The position numbers were made by a program, and so were the translations under genes. A DNA stretch of 64,000 bases from an uncultured bacterium (GTDB lineage Bacteria > Desulfobacterota_D > UBA1144 > Nemesobacterales > UBA2774). The stretch spans positions 1,696,001 through 1,760,000 of the forward strand of contig CAWGRW010000009.1 of the NCBI GenBank assembly GCA_963825135.1, written 5' to 3'. Positions 49,739 to 60,147 of the stretch are shown here, piece by piece (the stretch's first letter is position 1; each line of letters begins with the position of its first letter). The notes beneath the pieces were generated by a model that was not told the DNA's origin, made no database searches, and was given only the letters and a program-made list of their open reading frames with translations.

Positions 49739-51166
49739 TTACCGGATATCGCCTGGATTTATCTCCTCCAGGGATCTCCCAGTGGTGTGTACCTGGAATA
49801 TGGCCGTTACGAGGAGTCCCAAAATCGTGGTAGCGGCGACTACGATTAGGGTCGATGGTATGCCCACGGAAGATCTAAGTATGGGCATTAAGAAGATGCC
49901 GAACGCGGCGCCCAGCTTTGCGGCCGATGTGGCGATCCCGTGCGCGGACGCACGCATGCTCGTGGGGAACAGCTCGGCTGGCAGAATGAAGGTCGTGGCG
50001 TTGGGTCCCATGTTCATCAGAAGGTTAAATAGAATAAAGCCGGGTATTACGAGGAAGGGGTTTGCATCACCCTGCGATCCCGTCGCCGTGGCTATCGCCA
50101 GTATGGAGAGTCCGAGCGCCATACCCCCGAAGCCCAGAATCTGGAGCCTGATTCTCCCCCATTTGTCCACGAGCAGGATGTTCAGGAGGAACCCGACGAT
50201 AAGGAATGTATCCAGATAGGCGGCGCCTTTTGTGGCTGCCAGGTCTTTCAGAATGAAATTCGTCTCTTTATCGTATGTAATTATCGCAAGAATCGTCGGG
50301 GTGAATAACCCGATACCATACGTTGCGATATCCATGCAGAACCACGGCACGACAGCGAGGACGGTCCTCCGCATATACTTCTTGGCAAGCAGCTGGCCGT
50401 ACCGGAATTTCTTTGCTTTTACTTTTTTTGCGTGCGCCGCGGCATCGGCCACTAATGTGTTAATCTGGTCTTTCAGGGCTGGTACGATCATGGCCATGAC
50501 GGCCCCCGCTTTTTCAAAATACCCCTTGTCTATAAGCCACCTGGGACTTTCGGGTACGGTCGTACGCAACACTAAAACAATTACTGCGGGCACTATCCCA
50601 AGGCCCAGCATCCACCGCCATGCCCCGGATTCGGGAAATAAATTGAGCACGACGACGCCTACTACAGCGCCGGTTAGCATTCCCGCGGCCTGGAAGCTGA
50701 AAGCCCCTATCAGCATCTTTCCCCTGATACGGCTCGGCATGAATTCTGAAACATAGGAGGCGCAAATAGGGTAATCGACCCCGACCCCGAGTCCGAGGAA
50801 GAACCTGAACACGACGAGGGACCATACGTCCCATGAAAATGCGGTAAGTAATCCGAAGATGATAAAGAAAGCCAGGTCGACAAGGTATAGGGCTTTTCTC
50901 CCGTAACGGTCTGTAAACCATCCCCCGAGGATGCCCCCGAATATCGAACCCAATACCGCCGCGGCCCCAATGAGTCCGGTCACGAATGGCCCGGGAGAGA
51001 ATTCCCGGCTAATGAGCGGCAGGGCGACGCCGATAATAAACAGGTCAAAACCGTCGAGGAAAACGCCCATTGCGGACAGAAACCATACCCTCCAATGCAG
51101 ACCCCCGAGTTTCGTTTCTTCCAGGGCTTGATTCATCGAGGTTATTACATTTTGTTTTTCAGGCAT
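49739..51166 (-). CDS. MFS transporter (sugar porter/PHS-like)
   Basis: DGFDL, DRYGRK, GVGVDYP, PESPRW, GPNATTFILPAELFPT. Confidence 0.92.
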   Translation of the reverse strand: MPEKQNVITSMNQALEETKLGGLHWRVWFLSAMGVFLDGFDLFIIGVALPLISREFSPGPFVTGLIGAAAVLGSIFGGILGGWFTDRYGRKALYLVDLAFFIIFGLLTAFSWDVWSLVVFRFFLGLGVGVDYPICASYVSEFMPSRIRGKMLIGAFSFQAAGMLTGAVVGVVVLNLFPESGAWRWMLGLGIVPAVIVLVLRTTVPESPRWLIDKGYFEKAGAVMAMIVPALKDQINTLVADAAAHAKKVKAKKFRYGQLLAKKYMRRTVLAVVPWFCMDIATYGIGLFTPTILAIITYDKETNFILKDLAATKGAAYLDTFLIVGFLLNILLVDKWGRIRLQILGFGGMALGLSILAIATATGSQGDANPFLVIPGFILFNLLMNMGPNATTFILPAELFPTSMRASAHGIATSAAKLGAAFGIFLMPILRSSVGIPSTLIVVAATTILGLLVTAIFQVHTTGRSLEEINPGDIR

Positions 51167-51332
51167 GACCCTCCCCCGCTCATCTCAGGAACCTACCTTC
51201 TGATTTCTTCTCGATGCGTTAAGGGGGCATGAAATTTCGATTAAGCTGATTTATAATCTCTTAACGGATTTTCACCGAAAAGGGCGATATAATAAGTGAC
51301 CGAATTTATTCGAATACGGAGAGGATGAGCAT

Positions 51333-54300
51333 ATGGATAATTCTTCAGAAAATAGACCCGCTTTCAGAGACCCGAAAAATGTAGCAATAGCGCTCCTTGT
51401 TTTGATAGTCCTCATTATGGGACTCCTCCTGGCCAAAAACAATCTACCCGTGACGGGCGCGAAAAAGGTTTTGACCGGAATAAGCGGCGGCGTATCGGTC
51501 GTGGAGGTCAAATTCGATACCCAGGACAACACTTTTGTCGACATAATATTCAACAAGCCCATCGGGAAGAGCGAGGAGGGCGAGATTCTGGGACGCGACC
51601 CCGCCGTCATAAATCCCCCCGTTAACGGCTCCTGGACCTGGAAAACGCCCAACGTGCTTAGCTTTCAGGCGTCCTACAGGTTTAACATGGCCACCGATTA
51701 CACGATTACACTGAAGCCGGATAATTTTCTAAAGCCAGGCGAGGCTCTCGGCGGAAAGACCGAGTTCGAGATACGCACGGATAAATTTAAAATCGAGCAG
51801 GCTACCGTGGCGGAAGAGCCGGTGCCGGACCGGAAGAATACTGTGACGCTCGTCGGCACGATTGACTTCAACTACACGGTCGATCCGACTGTGATGGCTC
51901 GGAAAATCAGCCTGATAGAGCTCCCTGCGGAGAAAGACGGAGAGGAAAAGCTGATACCCATTAAGCTCATCACCGACTATTGGAATACCACTATCAAGTG
52001 GAGCAGCGACCCCATCGAGAAGATGGCGGCGGAACGGGAGCTCAAGCTGGTCATCGTAGGCGACCTCACGCCCGCAGAAGGGAACGTCGCTCTCGGGGAA
52101 GATTATGTCGAGAAGATCACGCTCGGATCAAAAGACAAGCTCGCAGTGAGGAGTGCCGAGCCCAAATCCGAATACCCGAAATCCTCTATCGACCTGGGCT
52201 TTTCTTCCTCCGTGAGCCCCGACATAGCGGCCGATTACATCTCTGTCGACCCCAAGGTGAATTACACCGTAAAAAGGGTCCAGAACGACCTTATCTTGAC
52301 CGGTGATTTCGTCCCCGGGAGTAAATACCAGCTCTCGATAGCGAAGGGGCTTCCTGCACTCGACGACGCCGTCCTCAGGGAGGAATACAAAAAGGAGATT
52401 CAGTTCGCCGATCTCACTCCGAAGCTTGAGTTCGAAAGCCCGGGGATGTTCCTCGACTCCAAGGGCACACGGGCCGTAGTGCTGAAATCTATAAATATGG
52501 AGAGCGTCGAGCTGACGGTCGACCGCGTTTATCTCAACAACATCTTCTTTCTCTTTCAGTCCTACGGATACTCGGTCTGGCGGGACGAATTCTATCAGGG
52601 CACCGTCGGGGATTTCATGGGCGGCCTTGTTGCTGAACAGCTCGATTACAAAATAGCGAACAAGAAGAACGAGGAAGTCTCCACAGTCCTTGATCTTCAG
52701 AAATACATACCTCAGAACGAGCCCGGCCTCTATCAGGTAGGCGTGCTGCCCTCAGGGGAGTATCAGGGCGTGCAGAAGTGGGTGCTGATTACGGATATAG
52801 GCATCGTCGCCAAGAAAGGCAAGGACGATTTCCTTGTCTGGACCTCGTCGTTTTCGAACCTCGAACCGATAGCGGGCGCGGATGTGAGGGTCATCAGCAG
52901 CCAGAACCAGCTTATCGCGAGGGGGTTGACGGACAAAAAAGGTATCTTCAGAGCGTCTGGGCTCACACAGAAATTTATCGATAACAAACCCTATATGGTG
53001 ACCGTGCAGAAAGGCGCCGATTTCAGTTTCCTCATTCTCGACAATATGCAGATAGACACGTCGGGGCTCGACGTCGGGGGCGCGGTGCCGTCGACTCTGG
53101 GGTATACCGCCTACGTATACGGCGAGAGGGATATATACCGCCCCGGAGAGACGGTAGAGGGCGTCGCGATAGTGAGAGATTCCAACCTCAATACGCCCTC
53201 GTCGATGCCCATCGTACTCAAGCAGAAGGACGCGAGAGGGCGTGAAGTCAAGACGATAAAGGAAACCATAAACGATGAAGGTATCGTATCATTCTCGATA
53301 CTGATACCCGAATTCGCTCCGACCGGGAACAATACAATCGAAGTGCTGGCCGGAGACGAGCTCATAGGGCAGTACCTCTTTCAGGTGGAGGAATTCATCC
53401 CGGACCGCATAAAGGTCAAGATCGAGACGGACGAGGACAACGTCCCCCTGGGTAAAGAACTCGAGTACGACGTAAGAAGCTCATATCTCTTCGGTCCCCC
53501 TGCCTCGGGACTCTCTGTACAGACGCTCATAGACCTTGTGGAGAACCCTTTCCTTCCCGAGGGCTACGACGGGTACGTCTTCACCAACCCTGACAGGAAA
53601 TACGATTCCAAGGAGATTTTCCGCTCGGAAGGTTATCTCGATGCCGAGGGTGTAAAAAAATTCACCGTCAAGATACCCGAAGGGCTAAGGCCCGCCTCGT
53701 CCCTTCAGGCCCAGATAACCGCGCGAGTCCAGGAAACGGGCGGCCGCGGCGTGAACTCGCTCAGGCGGGTAAATGTCGATCCTTATCCCTATTACCTGGG
53801 GCTCAAGCGGAAGACCCCTGATGAATTTGCCGAGCCCGGGAAAGAGGTAGAGTTCGAGTACGTCGCCCTCTCCCCGAAAGGCGAAGGTACTGAGGAGGTA
53901 AAAACCGGGGCATTAAAGGCGGAATTTTATAAAGATGTATGGAATACCGTATTGAGGAGGACGTCCAGCGGGAACTACAGCTACGAATCGAAGCGCGATT
54001 CCGTGCTTCTGAATTCGATGACTATAGACAGCGGGGTGTCCAAAGGCAGCTTCACTTTTACCGCTCCCGAATTCGGGAGCTACCGGGTGGTACTGACCGA
54101 TCCGAAGGGCGGCGCCTCCACTCAGATCCAGTTCTATGCGAGCGGATGGGGGTTTTCACCCTGGGCGATCGAGAACCCTGCGCGCATAGACCTCGACCTA
54201 GAAAAGGCTGAGTATATGCCGGGCGAGACGGCCAAGCTTCAGGTGCGTGCGCCGTTCTCGGGGAAACTCCTCATTACCGTCGAGCGGGAAGGCGTGTACT

Positions 54301-56852
54301 ACACCGAAACGCATACTCTCGACGGCAACACAGCGACAATCGACATACCGATCAGCGAGAAATTCAGGCCTAACGCATACGTCACGGCTACCCTCGTCAG
54401 GGGCGTAAAGGAGCTTGAGCCCGGCTCGGCGGGGAGGGCTTTCGGAGCAATTCCGATAAACGTGGACCGCACGGCTAACAAGATAAACGTCGAAATCACG
54501 GCGCCCGAGGAAATCAGGCCCCTCACTCCTCTGGAGATAGGGGTTAAAACGGTTCCCGGCGCGACAGTCACGATCGCGGCCGTGGATGAAGGCATATTGC
54601 AGCTCATTGACCAGAAGACCGCCGACCCGTTTACCTATTTTTACAGGAAGCTCGCGCTCGAAGTGACCGCATATGACACGTTTTCGCTCCTCCTGCCGGA
54701 CGTATCTCTCGGGTTATCGCCCCCGGGCGGCGGATTCGGAGCCAGAAAAGAATTGCAGTTCCTGAGCACCCAGGGCATAAGGAGGGTAAAGCCGGTCGCC
54801 TACTGGTCGGGCGTGCTGAAAGCGGACGCCCAGGGGAAGGCCGTGTTCAAATTCGATATGCCTCAGTTCCAGGGAGCCGTCCGTATCATGGCCGTGGCCG
54901 AAAAGGGCGAGGAGTTCGGCTCGTCCGAGAAATTCACACGCGTGAAATCCCCTATAGTGCTTCTCCCGACAGCGCCCAGGTTCTTTTCGCTCAACGAAAG
55001 CGTCGTCATACCGGTCTCCGTCAGGAACGACACTAAGAAGGACGGCGTATTTGCCATAAATACCGTGATAACCGGACCCGGTTCCGTCGCAGAGATGAAA
55101 AGCGGCGGGGATGCAAAGGAAAAAGCCGGCAACGCAAAGGAAGCGAAAATAGAGGCCGAGATTCCGAACGGCGGAGAGAAGACGATATATTTCGTCGTTG
55201 ATACGGCCGACGAGACGGGCGCGATCGGTCTCAATATCTCCGCGTCTGGTAACGGCGAATCCACAAACTCCGACATGGACGTTCCGGTCCTCCCCGACCT
55301 CCCCATGAGCAGGGCGGAGAACCTCGGCAGCATAAAAAATGCCGACACTGAGCTCGCAATCGAAAATACGGAATCTTACCGCGCGGGGACTATAAACAGA
55401 GAGCTCTATATAAGCAAGCTCCCTCTGATAGAGTTCTCCGGGAAACTCGAATACCTGCTTCAATACCCGTACGGGTGTCTCGAACAGGTCACTTCCCGCG
55501 TATTCCCGCTCGTATACCTTTCCGATATTGCAAAAGAGATAGACCCCGATCTGTTCAAGAAAGCCGACCCCGCGGCCATGGTTCAGGAAGGGATAAGACA
55601 GATAGGCACGATGCAGGTGGCGGGGGGAGGATTCTCTCTCTGGCCGGGAGGCGTCGAGCCCGAGCCGTGGGTGAGCATATACGCCGCGCATTTCCTCGTC
55701 GAGGCCCGTAAGGCGGGATACTTCGTCGATGACTCCTTGTATTCGGGAATGATCGAATATTTGAAGAACGTCGCCAAAGCGAAGCCCGATTACAGCACGG
55801 GAGAGCTCGAGAGGGCGGTCTACGCGTTATACGTCCTTAGCCGTGACGGGAAGCCGGATATGAGCACCATGGATTTCATCAGGGACCGTCACATAGGCGA
55901 GCTCACAGTCGAATCGAAGGCGCTCTTGGGCGGCGCATACGCCGCCGCAGGGAACGCGGCCGCTCTGGAAGGGCTGCTCAAGGGCCTGGACGACGTGGAA
56001 GAGGTGGCGAGGCAGACCGGAGGCAATTTCAATTCCACTATCAGGAACCGCGCCATACTGCTCATGGCTATACTAGATGTCAACCCCGAGGACCCGAGAG
56101 TCCCAGCGCTCGTCGAGCGGCTGTCGAGGGACGCACAGTTAAACGCATGGTGGACCACTCAGGAGAGCTCTTTCGCACTCCTGGCCATAGGCCAGTTCGT
56201 CAAGAGACAGAGCGAGACCCCGCCTTACACGGGGAAGGTATACGTGGGGGACGAGGAGAAAGCGAGCTTCAGCAGCGAAGCGACCCTGAGTCTCACAGGC
56301 ATTACGGGCGACAAACCGGTTAGCATAAAGATGGACGCCGGGTTTAAGGAAGGGAGCGCGTTCTATACCCTGATAACGAGCGGCTTCCCGACGAAAAAGG
56401 GGTTCAAGCCCGTACAGGACGGGCTCCTCGTGGAGAGGGAATTCCTGACGAGGGACGGCGCCCCGCTCGATCCCAATAACATCGTTCAGGGCGACCTTGT
56501 GGTAGTCAGGACGAAGATACAGAGCGCGTCCGGAAGTCTTCAAAACGTGGTGATAGAGAACCTGCTGCCTTCGGGGTTCGAGGTGGAGAACCCGAGGCTC
56601 AAGACGACTGAGACCCTTTCCTGGGCGACGGGCGACAGTATAGAACCCGGATACCTCGACATAAGGGACGACCGCATACTGATATTCACGGACCTGCCCG
56701 ACGCCAAATGGTACAACTACTACGCTCTTCTGCGCGTCGTTAATCCCGGCACATTCAATGTGCCGCCCGTTCAGGCGGAGGCGATGTATTCGCCCAATAT
56801 CAGGTATACGGGAAAACTCGGGAACCCGTTCGTCGTTAAGATGAGACAATAG
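51333..56852 (+). CDS. Bacterial alpha-2-macroglobulin (YfhM-like) with thioester motif
   Basis: 1839 aa; N-terminal TM; ERDIYRPGE, VEEFIPDR, AAVDEGIL, YPYGCLEQ, WWTTQE, DIRDDR, AEAMY. Confidence 0.95.
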   Translation: MDNSSENRPAFRDPKNVAIALLVLIVLIMGLLLAKNNLPVTGAKKVLTGISGGVSVVEVKFDTQDNTFVDIIFNKPIGKSEEGEILGRDPAVINPPVNGSWTWKTPNVLSFQASYRFNMATDYTITLKPDNFLKPGEALGGKTEFEIRTDKFKIEQATVAEEPVPDRKNTVTLVGTIDFNYTVDPTVMARKISLIELPAEKDGEEKLIPIKLITDYWNTTIKWSSDPIEKMAAERELKLVIVGDLTPAEGNVALGEDYVEKITLGSKDKLAVRSAEPKSEYPKSSIDLGFSSSVSPDIAADYISVDPKVNYTVKRVQNDLILTGDFVPGSKYQLSIAKGLPALDDAVLREEYKKEIQFADLTPKLEFESPGMFLDSKGTRAVVLKSINMESVELTVDRVYLNNIFFLFQSYGYSVWRDEFYQGTVGDFMGGLVAEQLDYKIANKKNEEVSTVLDLQKYIPQNEPGLYQVGVLPSGEYQGVQKWVLITDIGIVAKKGKDDFLVWTSSFSNLEPIAGADVRVISSQNQLIARGLTDKKGIFRASGLTQKFIDNKPYMVTVQKGADFSFLILDNMQIDTSGLDVGGAVPSTLGYTAYVYGERDIYRPGETVEGVAIVRDSNLNTPSSMPIVLKQKDARGREVKTIKETINDEGIVSFSILIPEFAPTGNNTIEVLAGDELIGQYLFQVEEFIPDRIKVKIETDEDNVPLGKELEYDVRSSYLFGPPASGLSVQTLIDLVENPFLPEGYDGYVFTNPDRKYDSKEIFRSEGYLDAEGVKKFTVKIPEGLRPASSLQAQITARVQETGGRGVNSLRRVNVDPYPYYLGLKRKTPDEFAEPGKEVEFEYVALSPKGEGTEEVKTGALKAEFYKDVWNTVLRRTSSGNYSYESKRDSVLLNSMTIDSGVSKGSFTFTAPEFGSYRVVLTDPKGGASTQIQFYASGWGFSPWAIENPARIDLDLEKAEYMPGETAKLQVRAPFSGKLLITVEREGVYYTETHTLDGNTATIDIPISEKFRPNAYVTATLVRGVKELEPGSAGRAFGAIPINVDRTANKINVEITAPEEIRPLTPLEIGVKTVPGATVTIAAVDEGILQLIDQKTADPFTYFYRKLALEVTAYDTFSLLLPDVSLGLSPPGGGFGARKELQFLSTQGIRRVKPVAYWSGVLKADAQGKAVFKFDMPQFQGAVRIMAVAEKGEEFGSSEKFTRVKSPIVLLPTAPRFFSLNESVVIPVSVRNDTKKDGVFAINTVITGPGSVAEMKSGGDAKEKAGNAKEAKIEAEIPNGGEKTIYFVVDTADETGAIGLNISASGNGESTNSDMDVPVLPDLPMSRAENLGSIKNADTELAIENTESYRAGTINRELYISKLPLIEFSGKLEYLLQYPYGCLEQVTSRVFPLVYLSDIAKEIDPDLFKKADPAAMVQEGIRQIGTMQVAGGGFSLWPGGVEPEPWVSIYAAHFLVEARKAGYFVDDSLYSGMIEYLKNVAKAKPDYSTGELERAVYALYVLSRDGKPDMSTMDFIRDRHIGELTVESKALLGGAYAAAGNAAALEGLLKGLDDVEEVARQTGGNFNSTIRNRAILLMAILDVNPEDPRVPALVERLSRDAQLNAWWTTQESSFALLAIGQFVKRQSETPPYTGKVYVGDEEKASFSSEATLSLTGITGDKPVSIKMDAGFKEGSAFYTLITSGFPTKKGFKPVQDGLLVEREFLTRDGAPLDPNNIVQGDLVVVRTKIQSASGSLQNVVIENLLPSGFEVENPRLKTTETLSWATGDSIEPGYLDIRDDRILIFTDLPDAKWYNYYALLRVVNPGTFNVPPVQAEAMYSPNIRYTGKLGNPFVVKMRQ

Positions 56853-56900
56853 CCCCGCGGGTATCGGGCCCGCGCGATAGTCGTACGGAGATAAATAGTA

Positions 56901-59276
56901 ATGCCGAGAGCTGCCGGGCGATATAAGAAAATAGCGGCGATAGTTTTTCTATCGTCGTCCGCATTTGTCCTCTCCGCGCTCATACTTTTTTTGGCGCTCG
57001 ATTCCTTATTCCCTTTTCCGGTGGAATCGCTCCGAAGAGAGCCGACGGCCGTTATCACGGACAGGGACGGCAGGCCTCTCAGGTTCTTTCTGCCCGGGGA
57101 CAAGCGCTGGCGCTTCCCCGTAAAGCTCGCGGACGTTTCCCCGAAGCTCACCCGAGCCGTGATCGCCTCTGAAGACAGGTGGTTCCACGCGCATCCGGGC
57201 GTGAATCCTTTCGCTCTTATGAGGGCCTTTTACACCAACATAAAAGAGGGAAGGGTCGTCTCGGGCGCGTCCACGATACCGATGCAGATTGCCCGCATGA
57301 CCGACCCTAAGCCGAGGACTATCTTCTCTAAAGCGGAAGAGGCGTTCCGCGCAATTCAGCTGAAGCGAATTTTTAGAGACGACGAGCTCCTCGAAATCTA
57401 CCTGAACCTGGCCCCCTATGGCGGCAACATAGAGGGAGTGGGCGCTGCGTCTTATTTTTACTTCGGGAAGAGCCCGCGCGCGCTTTCGCCGGGCGAGATA
57501 GCACTGCTCACGGCACTCCCGCGCTCGCCCGCGGCCTACGACCCGATCAGGAACCCGAAGGACTCGGAGAGGGAGAGAAATAAAGTCCTGGGTCAGCTTG
57601 CCGCAAGTGGGGTTATTTCGGCGGATGAGGCGGCGGAGGGCAGGAAAGAGTCTGTGCCCCGAAGAAGAAAACCCCAGCCCTTCTCGGCGCCGCACTTCTC
57701 GGAATACGTGTACAGAGATATTTCGAAAGGCGGAAGCCTGAAAACTTCGCTCGATTCGTCAATTCAGAAGATAGCCGAGGAAGTGGCCAGGCGGCACATC
57801 GGACTATTGAGGAACGACGGCATAGACAACCTGGCGATTGTCGTTATAGAGAACGACACGAGGAAATTGAGAGCCATGGTGGGATCGGCGGATTACTTCG
57901 ATAAGGCGCATTCGGGTCAGTTCAATTTCACGCTCGCCAAACGCTCACCCGGCTCCGCCCTTAAGCCGTTTCTTTACGCTATGGCGCTTGACGAGGGTAT
58001 AGCAGTGCCCGATTCCTACGTGCTCGACATACCCACCGACTTCTCGGGATACGTCGCCGAGAATTACGACAGCAAATACAGGGGGAGGATAACCCTCGAG
58101 AACGCCCTGATACTTTCATTAAACGCCCCGGCCGTGAGGATGCTGGCCAGGGTCGGCCTCAAGGATTTTCACAATTTGCTTTTAAAGGCCGGTCTGTCGA
58201 CACTCGACAGGCCGTCTAATAAGTACGGGCTTCCGCTTATACTCGGATCAGGGGAAGTGAGGCTTCTCGATCTGGCGAACCTCTACGCGACGCTCGCCGG
58301 GGGGGGTGAGCACGAGCCATTGATTGTCGCCGAAGACGCGAAACACGACGGCGAGGCAACTGAACTGTTCTCCCCCGAGGCATCATACCTTATAACGGAA
58401 ATACTTACCGGTCTCAAGCGCCCCGATATGCCGGCCAACACATGGGCGCTCACGGAGGACATACCGGAAGTCGCGTGGAAAACGGGCACGTCGTACGGAC
58501 ACAAGGACGCGTGGTCCCTCGGGTTCTCCAGCAAATACACCATAGGCGTCTGGGTCGGCAATCCTGACGGCAGGGGACAGAAAGGCATCTCGGGCTCCGA
58601 GCACGCCGCGCCCATTCTATTCGATGTTTTCAGGGGGATCGAGGGGGACGGCTCGAGAATAGGCAGGCCCGAAGGACTCAACCTCGGCACGATCGAGGTC
58701 TGCAGGGAGAGCCACCTGCTCCCGACGCCGTACTGCGAGGATAGGGACAAAATCACGTACATAAAAGGCGTATCCAGAATTCCGAGAGACAATTACTCGA
58801 AGAAGATATTTGTAGATTCGGAGACCGGAGATTTACTTCTTGGTGATTGTATCGGAGAGCGCCCTCACGAATCGCGTGTTGTTACAACGTATCCCCCGGA
58901 GCTCGTCGCCTGGTGGGTGGCCGAGGGCAAACGGTCTGATGCTATCCCTCCCCTGAGTCCCCACTGCAAAGACGTCTCTTCCGAGCGCCCCCCTCAGATA
59001 TTATCGCCGGATAAATCGACCCCTTACCGCGTGCTCAAAGGCATGCCGGCCGAGTATCAGAGGGTCGAGCTCATAGCAGGGGTGAGCGAGGAGGTAAACG
59101 CGCTCTACTGGTATCAGGACGGGGAGCTCGTGGCCTCGACGCGTCCTTACAAGAAAACGTTCATACCGCTCACAGCGGGCACACACCGCCTCGTCGTAGT
59201 GGATTCCTCGGGGCGTTCCGACAGCATCAAGTACGGGGTCGAGAGCCGGGACAGCGTTGAAGTCGTGGTGAAATGA
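56901..59276 (+). CDS. pbpC: Penicillin-binding protein 1C
   Basis: SEDRWF..HPGVN, SGASTIPMQ, SPGSALKPF (SxxK), SLN, KTGTS; adjacent to alpha-2-macroglobulin. Confidence 0.95.
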   Translation: MPRAAGRYKKIAAIVFLSSSAFVLSALILFLALDSLFPFPVESLRREPTAVITDRDGRPLRFFLPGDKRWRFPVKLADVSPKLTRAVIASEDRWFHAHPGVNPFALMRAFYTNIKEGRVVSGASTIPMQIARMTDPKPRTIFSKAEEAFRAIQLKRIFRDDELLEIYLNLAPYGGNIEGVGAASYFYFGKSPRALSPGEIALLTALPRSPAAYDPIRNPKDSERERNKVLGQLAASGVISADEAAEGRKESVPRRRKPQPFSAPHFSEYVYRDISKGGSLKTSLDSSIQKIAEEVARRHIGLLRNDGIDNLAIVVIENDTRKLRAMVGSADYFDKAHSGQFNFTLAKRSPGSALKPFLYAMALDEGIAVPDSYVLDIPTDFSGYVAENYDSKYRGRITLENALILSLNAPAVRMLARVGLKDFHNLLLKAGLSTLDRPSNKYGLPLILGSGEVRLLDLANLYATLAGGGEHEPLIVAEDAKHDGEATELFSPEASYLITEILTGLKRPDMPANTWALTEDIPEVAWKTGTSYGHKDAWSLGFSSKYTIGVWVGNPDGRGQKGISGSEHAAPILFDVFRGIEGDGSRIGRPEGLNLGTIEVCRESHLLPTPYCEDRDKITYIKGVSRIPRDNYSKKIFVDSETGDLLLGDCIGERPHESRVVTTYPPELVAWWVAEGKRSDAIPPLSPHCKDVSSERPPQILSPDKSTPYRVLKGMPAEYQRVELIAGVSEEVNALYWYQDGELVASTRPYKKTFIPLTAGTHRLVVVDSSGRSDSIKYGVESRDSVEVVVK

Positions 59277-59292
59277 GATTCCGCAAGAAGGG

Positions 59293-60144
59293 GTGAATTT
59301 GGGCGCCAGGACGATACTCGATAAATTTATTCGGCTTCTATCATTTTCCATTGCTCTCTTCCTGTTGACCGGCTTCTTGCAATATTCCCGTTCGGCGGAA
59401 GAGAGCCCCGGACTTAAATTTCTTGTTTCCGGTAAGGCGGTAAAGGAGATAGGCCTGGGCGAGCTAAAGACGAAGCTCGAGGCGCAACGTATCGAGCTAT
59501 ACGATACGGAGTATAAGAAGTCCAAGAGGTACGAGGGGTTCAAGGTCGAGGACGTGCTCAGGCTGGCGTACGGCGACTTATTGGACAGCCCTGACTATAC
59601 CGATATCGCGTTTACGGCGCTCGACGGCTATGAAAGCGTGTCCGTTCTCTCCAAAATGGAAGAGAAGGGGGGGTACTTGGTTTTTGCCGATCTCGACTCG
59701 AATAATTGGGAGCCCATAGGCAGGACCGGGGCGAGCCCCGGCCCGTTTTATCTCGTATGGACCGGCAAAGACCAGCTTCCGGAAAACGAATACCCGTGGC
59801 CCTGGCAGATAGCATCCATCAATATCATGCGCTTTTCAGACCAGTACCCTCTCGTCTATCCGGACGGTGCGGAAATGGATTCAGCCGCGTATAAGGGTTA
59901 CGAGATATACAAGGGGAGGTGCGTCAGGTGTCATTCGATGAACCGGCAGGGCGGCAAGGTGGGCCCCGACTTAAACGCTCCCCGGAGTATCGTTACTTAC
60001 CGCTCGGAATATATGATAAAGGAGTTTATCAAGCACCCGTCCGAGTATCGATATACCCAGATGCCCGACCACCCCGATCTGAGCGATCAGGACTTGAATG
60101 ACTTGATCGCGTATTTCCGTTACATGAACAGTCACAGGAAATAG
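59293..60144 (+). CDS. Exported protein: oxidoreductase-like N-domain fused to a C-terminal monoheme cytochrome c
   Basis: Signal/TM; FTALDGY, GPFYLVW, WPWQ; CVRCH, GPDLN, QMP. Confidence 0.8.
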   Translation: MNLGARTILDKFIRLLSFSIALFLLTGFLQYSRSAEESPGLKFLVSGKAVKEIGLGELKTKLEAQRIELYDTEYKKSKRYEGFKVEDVLRLAYGDLLDSPDYTDIAFTALDGYESVSVLSKMEEKGGYLVFADLDSNNWEPIGRTGASPGPFYLVWTGKDQLPENEYPWPWQIASINIMRFSDQYPLVYPDGAEMDSAAYKGYEIYKGRCVRCHSMNRQGGKVGPDLNAPRSIVTYRSEYMIKEFIKHPSEYRYTQMPDHPDLSDQDLNDLIAYFRYMNSHRK

Positions 60145-60147
60145 AAC

